Shown piece after piece: positions 47,949 to 58,476 of a DNA stretch of 64,000 bases. Every line of letters begins with the position of its first letter. The stretch's first letter is position 1. The notes beneath the pieces are model-generated. The model ran no database searches. It saw nothing but the letters and a program-made list of their open reading frames with translations, and was not told where the DNA came from. This DNA is from an alpha proteobacterium SCGC AAA536-K22 (lineage in GTDB: Bacteria > Pseudomonadota > Alphaproteobacteria > Puniceispirillales > Marisalimonadaceae): the NCBI GenBank assembly GCA_000421325.1, contig ATWQ01000010.1, positions 22-64,021 of the forward strand, in the 5' to 3' direction. The position numbers and the translations under genes were made by a program.

Positions 47949-49350
47949 ATTTCTCCTTATTAAAATTTTTGAAAATTGGAATTAGTTTCCAAAGTCCAGT
48001 TCCGTTTGATCCTTTGATAAGAATGAGTTGATTAGGTTTGATAAATTGGGTTGCTTTTTTTAAAAGAGGGGGCATGGTTAAAAATGAGCTACAGTTGATT
48101 TGTATATCTAATTTATCGCTAATTTTTTTTGAATAAGCCCCTATCGTTATAAGTAAATTAGGATTTATTTTTTTTATCATTGGAATAAGTTCCAAGTGCA
48201 TTTCTTTTGCATCTTGTCCTAATTCTAGCATGTCACCAATTATTAAAACGGTCTTATAAGTATTAAATTTATTTTTAGTTTTATAAAAATTAGAGAGAGC
48301 AGCTTTCATCGAGTCAGGATTCGCATTATAACTATCATCTATTACATATGTTTTATATTTATGGCCAAAATTTATTATAAGTTTTTCACCTCTTCCAGAA
48401 AGAGGTTTGATATGGCTAATAATTTTAGCACTGGTAGCAGTACATAATTTTAATTCTTTAATAACTGAAATTGCCGCTATAGCATTTCTTGCTTGTGTTG
48501 TATTAAGGTATTTTAGATGCCATTTTTTGTTATCATAACAAATTGTTGAACCTTCTTTTTCATCTATTATTCTAGTGATTTTAGTATTTGCATATTTAGA
48601 ATGGCCAAATAAATGTATCTTTGCAGATACTTTTTTTGCTTTTTTTATAAGATATTCTGACCATAAATTGTCTAAATTTATTATAGCGATACCATTTTCA
48701 TTTAAGCCTGAAAATATTTCACTTTTTGCGGCTGCAATTTCTTTTTCATTTTTGAAGTTTTCAATGTGAGAATTAGATACATTTGTTATCAATGCTATAT
48801 CTGGCTTTGCAATTTCAGTTAATTCTCGAATTTCCCCAGTATTATTCATCCCCAGTTCTAAGACACAATATTGATAATCATACTGCAATCTTGATAAGGT
48901 AAGTGTAAGCCCAATTAGATTATTATTATTTCCTTGAGTATAGTGAGTTTTCCCAATTTTTTTTAGAGAACTAGCTAAAAGGTGTTTTGTACTGGTCTTT
49001 CCACTACTTCCTGTTAGAGCAATTGTGGTTCCTTTAAATCTATATCTAGAAAATTTTGCTATTTGTTTTAAAGCTTTTTTGGTATCTTTTACCAATAAAC
49101 CGTTATATTTATTGGCCAATTTAATGTCAGATACTATTATCCCATATGCACCTTTTCTTATTGCATTTTCTATAAAATCATGGCCATTAAATTTATCACC
49201 TATTAGAGCTACGAATAAGTCCCCTTTTTTTATAGTTCTATCATCTATACTTACTCCCCAAACCCCATCAATATTTTTAAGGAAATATGTAGAAGGATCT
49301 GAGGCGCTGGCAGCTGACATTAAATCTTTTTTTGTCCATAAAGGTTTCAA
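47935..49350 (-). CDS. murF: UDP-MurNAc-tripeptide--D-Ala-D-Ala ligase
   Basis: TGSSGKT, ELGMN, DDSYNANPDSM, GDMLELG and KGS motifs. Confidence 0.94.
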   Translation of the reverse strand: MKPLWTKKDLMSAASASDPSTYFLKNIDGVWGVSIDDRTIKKGDLFVALIGDKFNGHDFIENAIRKGAYGIIVSDIKLANKYNGLLVKDTKKALKQIAKFSRYRFKGTTIALTGSSGKTSTKHLLASSLKKIGKTHYTQGNNNNLIGLTLTLSRLQYDYQYCVLELGMNNTGEIRELTEIAKPDIALITNVSNSHIENFKNEKEIAAAKSEIFSGLNENGIAIINLDNLWSEYLIKKAKKVSAKIHLFGHSKYANTKITRIIDEKEGSTICYDNKKWHLKYLNTTQARNAIAAISVIKELKLCTATSAKIISHIKPLSGRGEKLIINFGHKYKTYVIDDSYNANPDSMKAALSNFYKTKNKFNTYKTVLIIGDMLELGQDAKEMHLELIPMIKKINPNLLITIGAYSKKISDKLDIQINCSSFLTMPPLLKKATQFIKPNQLILIKGSNGTGLWKLIPIFKNFNKEKCDVA

Positions 49351-50855
49351 TTCATTACCTCAGAATTTTCAATGTTTTTTATGGCTTCTTTGGCGACAGT
49401 GTAATCATCAAAAGGAAGAGTTTCTACTCCAATAGCTTGAAATGTTTCATGGCCTTTGCCGGCGATAAGTAAAAGATCGTTTTTTTGTAAATTCGAAATA
49501 GCATATTTAATTGCCTTATCTCTGTTAGGGATTTCAGTAGCATAAGGACAGCCAATTAAAATTTCCTTTCTAATAATTGAAGGAGTTTCATTTCTTGGGT
49601 TATCATCAGTTACAATTACTATATCTGAGTATTTATAAGCGAGCTTACCCATGATTTGACGTTTATCTTTATCTCTATCCCCACCACATCCAAATAATGT
49701 AATTATTCTTCCTCTATCTGAAATTTCTTGAATGGATTTCAGTGCGGATGTTAGAGCATCTGGTGAATGTGCATAATCAATTATGACCAATGCATTATTC
49801 TTTGTTTCTGATAGAACTTCCATCCTTCCACGAGCAGGTTTCAGGTATCCTAAAGACTTAAAGATTAAATTTGAATCCATGCCTAATGCAATACAAATAG
49901 ATGCAGAGGCTATAACATTATAAACTTGAAACTTTCCAATCATTCCAATAGTTGTTTGAAAATTTTTCTTTCCAAATTCTAAAATTAGATCGATACTTCT
50001 TTTATTTTGGACAAAAGATTTAATTTTCATATCTGCTTCAGAACACTGTCCGAAAGTAATTATTAGATGATTAGTATTTTTTAATTCTTCATACAATCTT
50101 TTACCAAAATTATCGTCAATATTAATGGCAATTGCAGAATTGTTTTTTAAAATCTTAGTAAAAAGCCTTTTTTTAGCAGCAAAATAATTTTCAGTGTTTT
50201 TATGATAATCAAGGTGGTCATGGGATAAGTTTGTAAATACAGCACCGGAAAATTTGACACCGTCCAATCTATACTGATCAATTCCATGTGAAGAAGCTTC
50301 AAGGGCTAAATGAGAAATTTTTTCATGAGCTAATACTTTTAAATTTTCATATAAGTCAGAGGGTTCGAATGTAGTCAAATTTTCTTTTGAATTTTTATAA
50401 ATACTTTTATTTGCAGCTGTCTCAGTCTTTGTTCCTAGAGTTCCCATGGATGCAGACTTCCATCCTGCTAGTACCCATAATTGGCGACAGAATTCAACTG
50501 TAGATGTCTTTCCGTTAGTCCCAGTTACTCCGATGATTTGTTTTGGTTGGTTGCTATAAAATGAAGCAAGTAAAATTGTATATATATGCCTGACTTTTTC
50601 TCTTTTAATGAATAAAACATTTTTTTTGTATGATTTCTCAGCTATGGTTAAAAAAGCCCCATTTTCTTCTGCCTCGGTTATAAAATCAGCTCCATCAAAT
50701 TTCTCACCTTTAATCGCAACAAAAATATAGTCTTTTTTTATCTTTTTACTATTTGAAGAAATTCCTTTTACTTCATGAAGCAAAATTTTCTGATTCAATT
50801 CTTTGAACAAATTTTTTGTAATTTTGTTTTTTGTAATTAAATCTTTTAAAAGCAT
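49347..50855 (-). CDS. murE: UDP-MurNAc-dipeptide--meso-DAP ligase
   Basis: GTNGKTS, EASSH, DYAHSPD, GCGGDRD, DNPR (DAP specificity) and AGKGHE motifs. Confidence 0.96.
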   Translation of the reverse strand: MLLKDLITKNKITKNLFKELNQKILLHEVKGISSNSKKIKKDYIFVAIKGEKFDGADFITEAEENGAFLTIAEKSYKKNVLFIKREKVRHIYTILLASFYSNQPKQIIGVTGTNGKTSTVEFCRQLWVLAGWKSASMGTLGTKTETAANKSIYKNSKENLTTFEPSDLYENLKVLAHEKISHLALEASSHGIDQYRLDGVKFSGAVFTNLSHDHLDYHKNTENYFAAKKRLFTKILKNNSAIAINIDDNFGKRLYEELKNTNHLIITFGQCSEADMKIKSFVQNKRSIDLILEFGKKNFQTTIGMIGKFQVYNVIASASICIALGMDSNLIFKSLGYLKPARGRMEVLSETKNNALVIIDYAHSPDALTSALKSIQEISDRGRIITLFGCGGDRDKDKRQIMGKLAYKYSDIVIVTDDNPRNETPSIIRKEILIGCPYATEIPNRDKAIKYAISNLQKNDLLLIAGKGHETFQAIGVETLPFDDYTVAKEAIKNIENSEVMN

Positions 50856-50856
50856 T

Positions 50857-52557
50857 TTATAAATTTGCTCCCTTATTCTTACCTCTTATTTTGTATTTGA
50901 TTAGCTCTTTGCTAAAATCTGATGAAAGTTTTGTTTGAGGCCTAATATTTAATATAGGAGATATTCTTGTAACTAATTTTTTAATTACTGGGGCAGCAAC
51001 CCATCCTGCAGTTCTATAACCATTTGAAAATTTCTGTCCTTTTGGATTATCAATCATTATAGAAATTACAAATTGGGGGTTATTCATAGGATAAGCTGCC
51101 GTAAAAGCTACAATATTTTGATTTTCTGAATATCCACCAGTTTGACTTATTTTCTCAGCAGTTCCTGTTTTACCTCCAACTAAATATCCTGTGGCTTGAG
51201 CTTTTTTTGCTGTTCCATGTTTGCTACTTACAACAAGTCTCATAATACTTTTCATTTTTTTTGAAGTCTCACTTGAAAAGATACGATCATTTAATGGATT
51301 TGGGTTCGAAATTAACAATGTTGGTTTAACCTGAATCCCATCATTTACTATGGTTGCAGTTGCAGATGCAAGATGACTAAGGGTAATAGCGATTCCATGT
51401 CCATAGGAGATTGTCATTGTAGATAGTAATTTTCCATCTTTACGAACTTGGGGGGTCCCTAATTCAGGTATTTCTAAATTAAGCTTATCCATCAGGCCCA
51501 ATGATTTTAAATATTTTAATTGTATAGATGTTCCAAATTTTTCGGCTATTTTAGCTGAGCCTATATTACTAGAATGAACAATTACCTCTGGAATATTTAA
51601 ACGATAATTTAAAGGGTGAAAATCTCTTATAGTTCTAGAAGATACTCTAAGGGGGGTTGAAACGTCAAAAACATCACTTTCGTTAACACGATCACTCTCA
51701 AACGCTACAGCTGCTGTTATAAGTTTTAAAGTTGAACCTAACTCATAAATTCCTTTTGTAGCTCTATTAAACAAATTTTGATTAAATATACTATTATAGT
51801 TATTTGCATTATAATCAGGTAGAGAAGTTATTGCGTAAATTTCTCCATTTTTAGCGTTCATAACTATTCCAGCTCCACCTTCAGCTTCAAATTTTTTAAT
51901 TTGTTCAGATAAAATTTTTTCTGTTATATGTTGAATACCCTTATGTATTGAAACAGTTACATTTTTACCATTTAGTAATCGTTTATTTAATGATTTTTCA
52001 ATGCCAGCTATGCCTTCACCATCAATATTAGTCCCACCTAAAATATGTGATACCAAGTTGTTGTTTGGATAAACTCTTTTATTTCTGGGCTCTATTTTAA
52101 TTCCCTCAATACCTTCTTCTAGTAATAAAACTTGCTCATTTGGTGAGATTTCTCTTAATAAATTAAGATGTCTTTTTTGTGTATTTAGTTTTTTTCTAAA
52201 ACTTTCATCGTTTAATTCGGGAAAAATTTTCTTTAGTTTTCTTATTGTTTCATTTTTATTTAAAATCTCTTGTGGATTTATATTTAGACTATTTACTTTT
52301 ATAGTTGTTGCCAAAAGTTCTCCATTTCTATCATAAATACTTCCACGATTAGATTTGACAAAGAAACTTGGTTGATTTTTTTTACTTGAAATATTTTTTG
52401 TGCTTACTTTATTTAGACTGGCTAGAGAAATTGTTTTGTAACCAATTATTACGAACGAGAATGTTAATAATGCACCACAAATTGATAATTTAATTTTACG
52501 TAATTTTGAATTGTTTTTTATAGAAAAATCTTTATATAAAAAATCTCTAACTTTCAT
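50857..52557 (-). CDS. ftsI: Septal transpeptidase PBP3
   Basis: RGSIYDRNG; SxxK (STLK), SxN (SSN) and KTG motifs. Confidence 0.94.
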   Translation of the reverse strand: MKVRDFLYKDFSIKNNSKLRKIKLSICGALLTFSFVIIGYKTISLASLNKVSTKNISSKKNQPSFFVKSNRGSIYDRNGELLATTIKVNSLNINPQEILNKNETIRKLKKIFPELNDESFRKKLNTQKRHLNLLREISPNEQVLLLEEGIEGIKIEPRNKRVYPNNNLVSHILGGTNIDGEGIAGIEKSLNKRLLNGKNVTVSIHKGIQHITEKILSEQIKKFEAEGGAGIVMNAKNGEIYAITSLPDYNANNYNSIFNQNLFNRATKGIYELGSTLKLITAAVAFESDRVNESDVFDVSTPLRVSSRTIRDFHPLNYRLNIPEVIVHSSNIGSAKIAEKFGTSIQLKYLKSLGLMDKLNLEIPELGTPQVRKDGKLLSTMTISYGHGIAITLSHLASATATIVNDGIQVKPTLLISNPNPLNDRIFSSETSKKMKSIMRLVVSSKHGTAKKAQATGYLVGGKTGTAEKISQTGGYSENQNIVAFTAAYPMNNPQFVISIMIDNPKGQKFSNGYRTAGWVAAPVIKKLVTRISPILNIRPQTKLSSDFSKELIKYKIRGKNKGANL

Positions 52558-52859
52558 TTTACTTCACTCTCAGCCATTGATTTTGTTACCTCTACCAAGT
52601 GTTGTAGGTTCCAAATATCAATTACAGAAATCTCTTTTAAGTATAATTTATTCTTAGCTATTTTCTCTATCCTATTTGGACGTTTTAAAAAACTAAGCTC
52701 TGCTTTTAAAATATTAAGATCGGATTCAGCGCGTATTACTTTTTTATTAATTGCAGCTAACTCTAATTCTTTTTGAGTAATAAAATGTTTAATTTGGTAT
52801 AATGAAATTGCTACAAAAACTATTAGAAACACAATAATAAAAGATGGATATCTAATCAT
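52554..52859 (-). CDS. ftsL: Cell division protein FtsL
   Basis: TM plus coiled coil, LKAELSFLKRPNRI; lies between rsmH and ftsI. Confidence 0.8.
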   Translation of the reverse strand: MIRYPSFIIVFLIVFVAISLYQIKHFITQKELELAAINKKVIRAESDLNILKAELSFLKRPNRIEKIAKNKLYLKEISVIDIWNLQHLVEVTKSMAESEVK

Positions 52860-53810
52860 GCAGTTTCTCCAAAATACGATGGAAAATTTGTTCTTTTTGC
52901 AATACGTAATTTTGCTGATCTAGATCGATTATTAGCTTTTATTTCAGCTTGAGACGGTAAAATTGGCTTTTTAGAGATAATTTCTAGACTATGATTTTTG
53001 TTAGGGTATTCAGGACGATGTCTTGAATAGCTTTCCTTTTTTGCACATTTTAAAAAAAATTTTTTTACTATTCTATCTTCTATAGAGTGAAATGAAACTG
53101 CAGCTAAGATACCGTCAGGCTTAAGTATTTTTTCAGCAGCAATTAAACCTTTTTCTAACTCTGATATCTCATCGTTCAAATATATACGAATAGCTTGAAA
53201 AGTTTTAGTGGCAGGATCTATTTTGTTTTTTTTTAGTTGGAATCGATTTTCTAATTAAGTTCGCTAATTGTCCCGTTGTTTTTATGGAAGTGCAGGATCT
53301 CTCAAGAACAATATTTTTAGCAATTCTTCTTGAAAAAATTTCATCACCTAATTCATAAATAATATTAGCAAGAGTATTTTCTTCAACCTGATTTATAAAC
53401 TCTTCCGCAGTTGGACCTTCACAAGACATTCTCATATCAAGAGGTCCATCTAATTTTTGAGAAAAACCTCGATGCTTTTGATCAAATTGGGGACTGGAAA
53501 CACCTAGATCAAAAACAACTCCTGCCACTTTTTTAATTTTCAAATCTTCTAAAACTTTAACTAATTGTGAGAACTTACTATTTTTAAAAAAAAATCTATC
53601 TTTAAAATCTATTTTAATTTTTTCTGCAAAAATTTTAGCTTCTGGATCTCGATCAATAGCAATAACCTTACAATTGTTTTTATTTAAAATAGCTTTAGTA
53701 TATCCACCTAATCCAAAAGTAGCATCAACGTATAATTCATTTTCATTTATTGATAAGGCGTTTATTACTTCACTGAGTAAAACAGGAATATGTTGGGGTT
53801 TATAAAACAT
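52856..53810 (-). CDS. rsmH: 16S rRNA m4C1402 methyltransferase; frameshifted in a 9-base run at 53226-53234
   Basis: HIPVLL, DATFGLGG and DLGVSS motifs. Removing one base restores DPATKTFQAIRIYLNDE...SFHSIEDR...NNRSRSAKLR. Confidence 0.94.
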
Positions 53811-53818
53811 TATTATAA

Positions 53819-54265
53819 TTATTCATTCTTTTTTAAGATTAATTTTGGAGGTCCTTTTTCTTTAAGAATTTTTTGTGATTTTTTGTATTGACTTTCATAT
53901 TCTGATGGAGACCAAATATAAAAAGATTCTCCTATACCCATAAATACAGCTTTATTCGTGAGGTTAGCAAATTTCATAAGAATATCTGGTATTACTACTC
54001 GGCCATTTACATCAAATTTTATTTCAAAAGAGTCAGCCATCATCATTCTTAAAACGAACGCATCGTCAGATAATGCGTCTAATTGATCAATAGCATTGAT
54101 ATATCTTTGCATTCTTGTAAAAGTGGTACCTTCAATGCATGGGAATTGGAGGCTTTTAAATAGAATTAAAGGCTCATTTAACTTTTCTAGATTCATTCTG
54201 AAAGATGCTGGAATCGATACTCTGCATTTTAAATCAATCTTATTATGTGAAGTCGATAAAAACAT
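53819..54265 (-). CDS. mraZ: Transcriptional regulator MraZ
   Basis: Two SpoVT/AbrB repeats (IDLKCRVSIPASFR and DVNGRVVIP); first gene of the dcw cluster. ATG at 54265. Confidence 0.92.
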   Translation of the reverse strand: MFLSTSHNKIDLKCRVSIPASFRMNLEKLNEPLILFKSLQFPCIEGTTFTRMQRYINAIDQLDALSDDAFVLRMMMADSFEIKFDVNGRVVIPDILMKFANLTNKAVFMGIGESFYIWSPSEYESQYKKSQKILKEKGPPKLILKKNE

Positions 54266-54364
54266 TGATATTAAAACCTCAATTAATAAATAATACACTT
54301 GAAAGGATATAAACTTTTAACTGAGTAAAAATTGACATCTAAGTAATTAATATTATCCATTATA

Positions 54365-54399
54365 CGGGATAACATGGGAATTTATGGGAGTCAATGGGA
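54365..54399. promoter_or_regulatory. MraZ operator repeats overlapping the putative dcw promoter
   Basis: CGGGA, TGGGA, TGGGA, TGGGA at exact 10-bp period (54365, 54375, 54385, 54395). On the minus strand, TTGACT-17 bp-TATCCC lies within them. Confidence 0.75.
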
Positions 54400-54439
54400 A
54401 TTTATTCTAGTTTTATGGTATTATAATTTTTTGAAAGTT

Positions 54440-54780
54440 GTCAGAGAGCAATAAGCCGGGTTTTGTATCAAAATTTTGATTGTAGTTATTAATCTTGAAA
54501 ATTTGTTACCAAACTTTTCTAGCGACCTACCCAAGAAACTTTGTAGAAATCCAATAAGTGTTTCTTCTATTTGGTCTTGCTCCAGGTGGGGTTTACCAAG
54601 CCATTCCTATTACTAGAAACACGGTGTGCTCTTACCACACCATTTCACCCTTACCAAAAAATGGCGGTATATTTTCTGTGGCACTTTCCCTAGGGTTGCC
54701 CCTGCTGGATGTTATCCAGCACCTTATTTCTATGGAGCCCGGACTTTCCTCTTTAAAAAGCAACTACATTGCTCTCTGAC
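54440..54780 (-). ncRNA. rnpB: RNase P RNA, bacterial type A
   Basis: Minus strand contains GAGGAAAGUCCGGGC, AGUGCCACAGAAA, GGUAAACCCCAC and ACAAAACCCGGCUUA. Terminal P1 inverted repeat at 54437-54452/54768-54783; usual position upstream of mraZ. Confidence 0.97.
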
Positions 54781-54835
54781 AACCTTAAAATATAATTTTT
54801 AAAATTTTGGTCAACATATAATTATTTTAACTTGA

Positions 54836-56650
54836 TTACTTGTTTATTTCGTCATTTAAAATTTGAATTTGAAGCCATTTTTCTTCTGCTAAAGACAACT
54901 TGTTTTTAGTTTTGGTAATCAGATTTATTGTTTCATCAAAGGTCTTTTTATCATCATTGTATAAATTATCTTTGCTTAAAAGAATTTCCAACTGTTTAAG
55001 TTCTTTTTCAAGATTTTCAATTTGTTGAGGAAGAATTTTTAATTCATAAGTCTCTTTAAAAGTTAGCTTTTTCTTAATTATATTTTCGGAAGATTTTTTA
55101 TTTTTAAATTCTTTTTGCCTAAATTTACTTTCAGTTTGATTAACCCTTAATTTAGATAAGCCATATTTTTCATAATAATTTGAAAAGTTTCCAACATATT
55201 TTAAAATTTTATTGTCATTTTCGAAAACTAAAAGTCTATCAATTGTATGATCAAGGAAAAATCTGTCGTGACTAATAATTAGTACTGTTCCATCATAATT
55301 TTTTATACTTTCCTTTAAAAGACTTAGTGTCTCAAAATCTAAATCATTGGTAGGTTCATCTAAAATTAAAAAGTTATGTTCATTTAAAAATAACTTAGCA
55401 AGTAATAGCCTTGCTTTTTCACCGCCTGACAACGTGGAATTACTCTGTAGTGACTTTTTTTCATCAAACAGAAATTTTTTTAAATATGATAATACATGAA
55501 TTTTTTCTCCTTTAAAGTCAACATAATCACCACTTTCTGTCATTGTTCTCCATGGTGTACTATCTAAATAGATACTCTCTTTATTTTGGTCAAAATATTT
55601 TAAGTTTATGTGTTCTCCAAACTTAATTCTACCAATAGTTGGAAAATAAATACCTTGCAAAATTTTTATTAAAGTAGTTTTACCAGTTCCATTTGCTCCT
55701 ATTATACCTATTCTATCGTTACGTTGAATTTTAAGACTGAAGTTAGAAATAATGTTGTTTTTATTATTACTATTATGAGCAAATGATATATCAAATGCCT
55801 CAACTACGTTTAAAGCAGATTCATTAGTTTTATTAAGAACTAAATCCATTGATTTTTTTTCAATTATTTTTGTTTCATTAAAATCTTGTGACAATTTTTC
55901 TAATTCTCTAACTCTTCCCACATTTCTTTTTCTTCTAGCTGATATTCCCTCAATAGACCATTTTGTTTCACTTTTGACTTTTTGTTTCATTTTGTGAGAT
56001 TGGCTTTTTTCAATTTCAATTAATTCTTTAGACCATTCATGAAAGTTAATATATGGCCCCTCACGTTTAAAAATTTTCTGTTTATGAAACCAATATGTTT
56101 TAGTACCAATTTTTTTTAAAAATTCTTGATCATGACTTATAATAATCATTGTTTTTTTTAGATATAATAGTTTTCTCTCAAGCCAGTCTATTGTCGGTAA
56201 GTCTATATGATTAGTAGGTTCGTCAAGAAGAAGGATATCAGACTCGCTTAAAATAGATTTTGCAATATAAATTTTACGAATCTCACCGCCAGAAAGTTTT
56301 TTTCTATGGTTTATATTCTTGAGATTTAATTGCTCAATTATATCATTAATTTTGGATAAATCAGGAAATTCAATGTCTTTTATAAAAAAATCTACGAGAT
56401 TATTTATTGAGGGTTCAGGAGGTTCTTGTTCTAAATAAAACAATTTTAGATTTGGTGAAAACCAAATTGTTCCATCATCTACTTCTTCAACTCCTCTAAA
56501 AGTTCTTAAAAGTGAACTTTTACCACATCCATTTTCACCAACTAAAATAATACGATCATGTTCATGTATTGAGATATCAACATTATTTAATAGTGTTCTA
56601 TTTGATCGTGAGATTTTCAAGTTTTGTGTTGTAATTAATGGTCTAGACAT
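54836..56650 (-). CDS. uup: ABC-F family ATPase Uup
   Basis: Two ABC cassettes, ARRKRNVGR linker, C-terminal coiled coil KLTFKETYEL...AEEKW. Confidence 0.85.
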   Translation of the reverse strand: MSRPLITTQNLKISRSNRTLLNNVDISIHEHDRIILVGENGCGKSSLLRTFRGVEEVDDGTIWFSPNLKLFYLEQEPPEPSINNLVDFFIKDIEFPDLSKINDIIEQLNLKNINHRKKLSGGEIRKIYIAKSILSESDILLLDEPTNHIDLPTIDWLERKLLYLKKTMIIISHDQEFLKKIGTKTYWFHKQKIFKREGPYINFHEWSKELIEIEKSQSHKMKQKVKSETKWSIEGISARRKRNVGRVRELEKLSQDFNETKIIEKKSMDLVLNKTNESALNVVEAFDISFAHNSNNKNNIISNFSLKIQRNDRIGIIGANGTGKTTLIKILQGIYFPTIGRIKFGEHINLKYFDQNKESIYLDSTPWRTMTESGDYVDFKGEKIHVLSYLKKFLFDEKKSLQSNSTLSGGEKARLLLAKLFLNEHNFLILDEPTNDLDFETLSLLKESIKNYDGTVLIISHDRFFLDHTIDRLLVFENDNKILKYVGNFSNYYEKYGLSKLRVNQTESKFRQKEFKNKKSSENIIKKKLTFKETYELKILPQQIENLEKELKQLEILLSKDNLYNDDKKTFDETINLITKTKNKLSLAEEKWLQIQILNDEINK

Positions 56651-56660
56651 TTTTATTAAA

Positions 56661-57380
56661 TTATCTCTTATTTTGAATAGTATCCCACGCGTTATTAATT
56701 TCCTTAAGTCGCGAGGTGCTTTTGTGGATGAGATCTTCTGGAATACCTTGTGAAATTAATCGATCTGGATGGTGATTGATTGCAAGTTGTTTCCATTTTT
56801 GCTTAATTTCGTTAATTGAAGCGTCTCTTGAAACGCCTAATATCTGATAAGGGTCAAAAGAAACTCCAGATTTTGACGAATAAATCCTTTCAAAGTCTTC
56901 TTCGGAAAAACCAAAAATATTCCCAACTTCTCTCAAATATTTAATTTCTGGAATTGTTATTTTACCATCAGCTAGTGCAATAATAATAAGTAGCTTAAGT
57001 AACTCCTCTAATACAGAAGAATTTTTTTCTAATAAATTTGCTATTTGTCTTGCATATATTTGAAAACCGTCTGTTGTTTTTTTTGCTTGATCCCAAAGTT
57101 TGGCAACATTTTTAATTTCATTGTCTGGAATATTTATTTTTTCTTTAAAAGCTCTAATTTCATCTTCAGTTACTTTACCGTCTGCTTTTGCCATTTTAGC
57201 AGAAAGAACAATTACACCAATTGTAAAGCCAATTTGTTTTAAAGCTGTTTCTTCAGGCAATTTTTTCTTAGTTTTAATCTTGTCTATAGCATGACCAGCA
57301 ACACTACCTAATAATGCGCCTATAGGACCTCCAAAAGCAAAGCCAGTTGCCCCCCCTATAATTTTACCCCATATACTCAT
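56661..57380 (-). CDS. djlA: DjlA-like co-chaperone (TM, TerB-like domain, J domain)
   Basis: MSIWGKIIGG...GGPIGALLG, AKMAKADG, DPYQILG and HPD motifs. Confidence 0.88.
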   Translation of the reverse strand: MSIWGKIIGGATGFAFGGPIGALLGSVAGHAIDKIKTKKKLPEETALKQIGFTIGVIVLSAKMAKADGKVTEDEIRAFKEKINIPDNEIKNVAKLWDQAKKTTDGFQIYARQIANLLEKNSSVLEELLKLLIIIALADGKITIPEIKYLREVGNIFGFSEEDFERIYSSKSGVSFDPYQILGVSRDASINEIKQKWKQLAINHHPDRLISQGIPEDLIHKSTSRLKEINNAWDTIQNKR

Positions 57381-57471
57381 ATTTACGTATTACATTTAAG
57401 CTTCATGGCATACAAGTAAAATTAAATTGGATTAGTGCTATAAATATGTATAAATTATTATGTAAATATAT

Positions 57472-57711
57472 ATGCTTAGGAGCAGTTTTTTGATAGACGA
57501 ACATGATTTTACTGGATTAAAATGTCCATTGCCTGTTTTAAAAGCAAAAAGAGTTTTAAAAAATTTAGATAAAGGTAAGGCCGTCGTATTTATTTCAGAT
57601 GATCCTGCAAGTCCTATTGATTTCTCTCATTTTTCTGAAAATGAAGGCTATAATATATTAATAAAAAGCTTAGAAAACGGTAAACATTATTTCACACTTT
57701 CTAAGATATAA
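57472..57711 (+). CDS. tusA: TusA-family sulfur carrier protein
   Basis: DFTGLKCPLPVLK (CPxP) and DDP motifs. Confidence 0.85.
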   Translation: MLRSSFLIDEHDFTGLKCPLPVLKAKRVLKNLDKGKAVVFISDDPASPIDFSHFSENEGYNILIKSLENGKHYFTLSKI

Positions 57712-57735
57712 TTTTAGAGTTTTGGATAGATTGAC

Positions 57736-58476
57736 ATGAATGTTTTAAGATCTCTTTTATTCAATATTCAATTCTATCTTGGCACCAGTATTTTAGTCAC
57801 AATATGTTTGCCATGTCTTTTATTTCCAAGACCAGTCGTTCTATTTGTTAACAGAATTTGGTGTCTTATAATGATTAAAGGAATGAAATGGTGGCTAAGT
57901 ACTGATATTAATATAATTGGTGAAGTTCCCTCAAAAAACAAAGTAGTCATATACGCGATAAAACATCAATCAGCTTGGGAAACAGTTTTCTGTACTGACC
58001 TTTTTTCAATGCCATCTATAGTTTTAAAAAAAGCTCTAATTTTTTTACCAGTAATTGGGTTGTATTTTTTAAGATCAGGAGCTATTCCAATTACAAGAGA
58101 TCAAGGTATAAACGCATTAAAGAAGATGGGTAGAAAAGCAAAGCAAGCGGTAAAAGAAAAACGATCAATGATGATTTTCCCTCAAGGTACTAGAGTTAAT
58201 CCTGGTGTTACAACTAAAGAAAAACCATACCTTCCAGGAGTGTTTTTTTTATACTCCCAAACAAAAGTCTCTGTGATACCAGTTGCTCATAATGCCGGTT
58301 TGTTATGGCCTAAAAATAGTTTTATAAAATACCCTAATAGGCTTAAATCAAAATCTATAACTATAAAAATTCATCCTGAAATACAACCAGGTTTATCAAA
58401 AATAGAATTCTTACAAAAATTAGAGACTATTATTGAAGATAGTTCAAATCAGTTAATAAAATTGGAGAGTAAATAA
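57736..58476 (+). CDS. plsC: 1-acyl-sn-glycerol-3-phosphate acyltransferase family protein
   Basis: KHQSAWET and IFPQGTR acyltransferase motifs. Confidence 0.85.
   Translation: MNVLRSLLFNIQFYLGTSILVTICLPCLLFPRPVVLFVNRIWCLIMIKGMKWWLSTDINIIGEVPSKNKVVIYAIKHQSAWETVFCTDLFSMPSIVLKKALIFLPVIGLYFLRSGAIPITRDQGINALKKMGRKAKQAVKEKRSMMIFPQGTRVNPGVTTKEKPYLPGVFFLYSQTKVSVIPVAHNAGLLWPKNSFIKYPNRLKSKSITIKIHPEIQPGLSKIEFLQKLETIIEDSSNQLIKLESK

Noticed and set aside
54558-54779. 73-aa plus-strand ORF (MFLLFGLAPGGVY...)
   Set aside because: It is the antisense of rnpB, a well-known source of spurious ORFs.
54437-54783. 16-bp terminal inverted repeats as a MITE or IS
   Set aside because: They form the P1 helix of RNase P RNA; no transposase gene is nearby.
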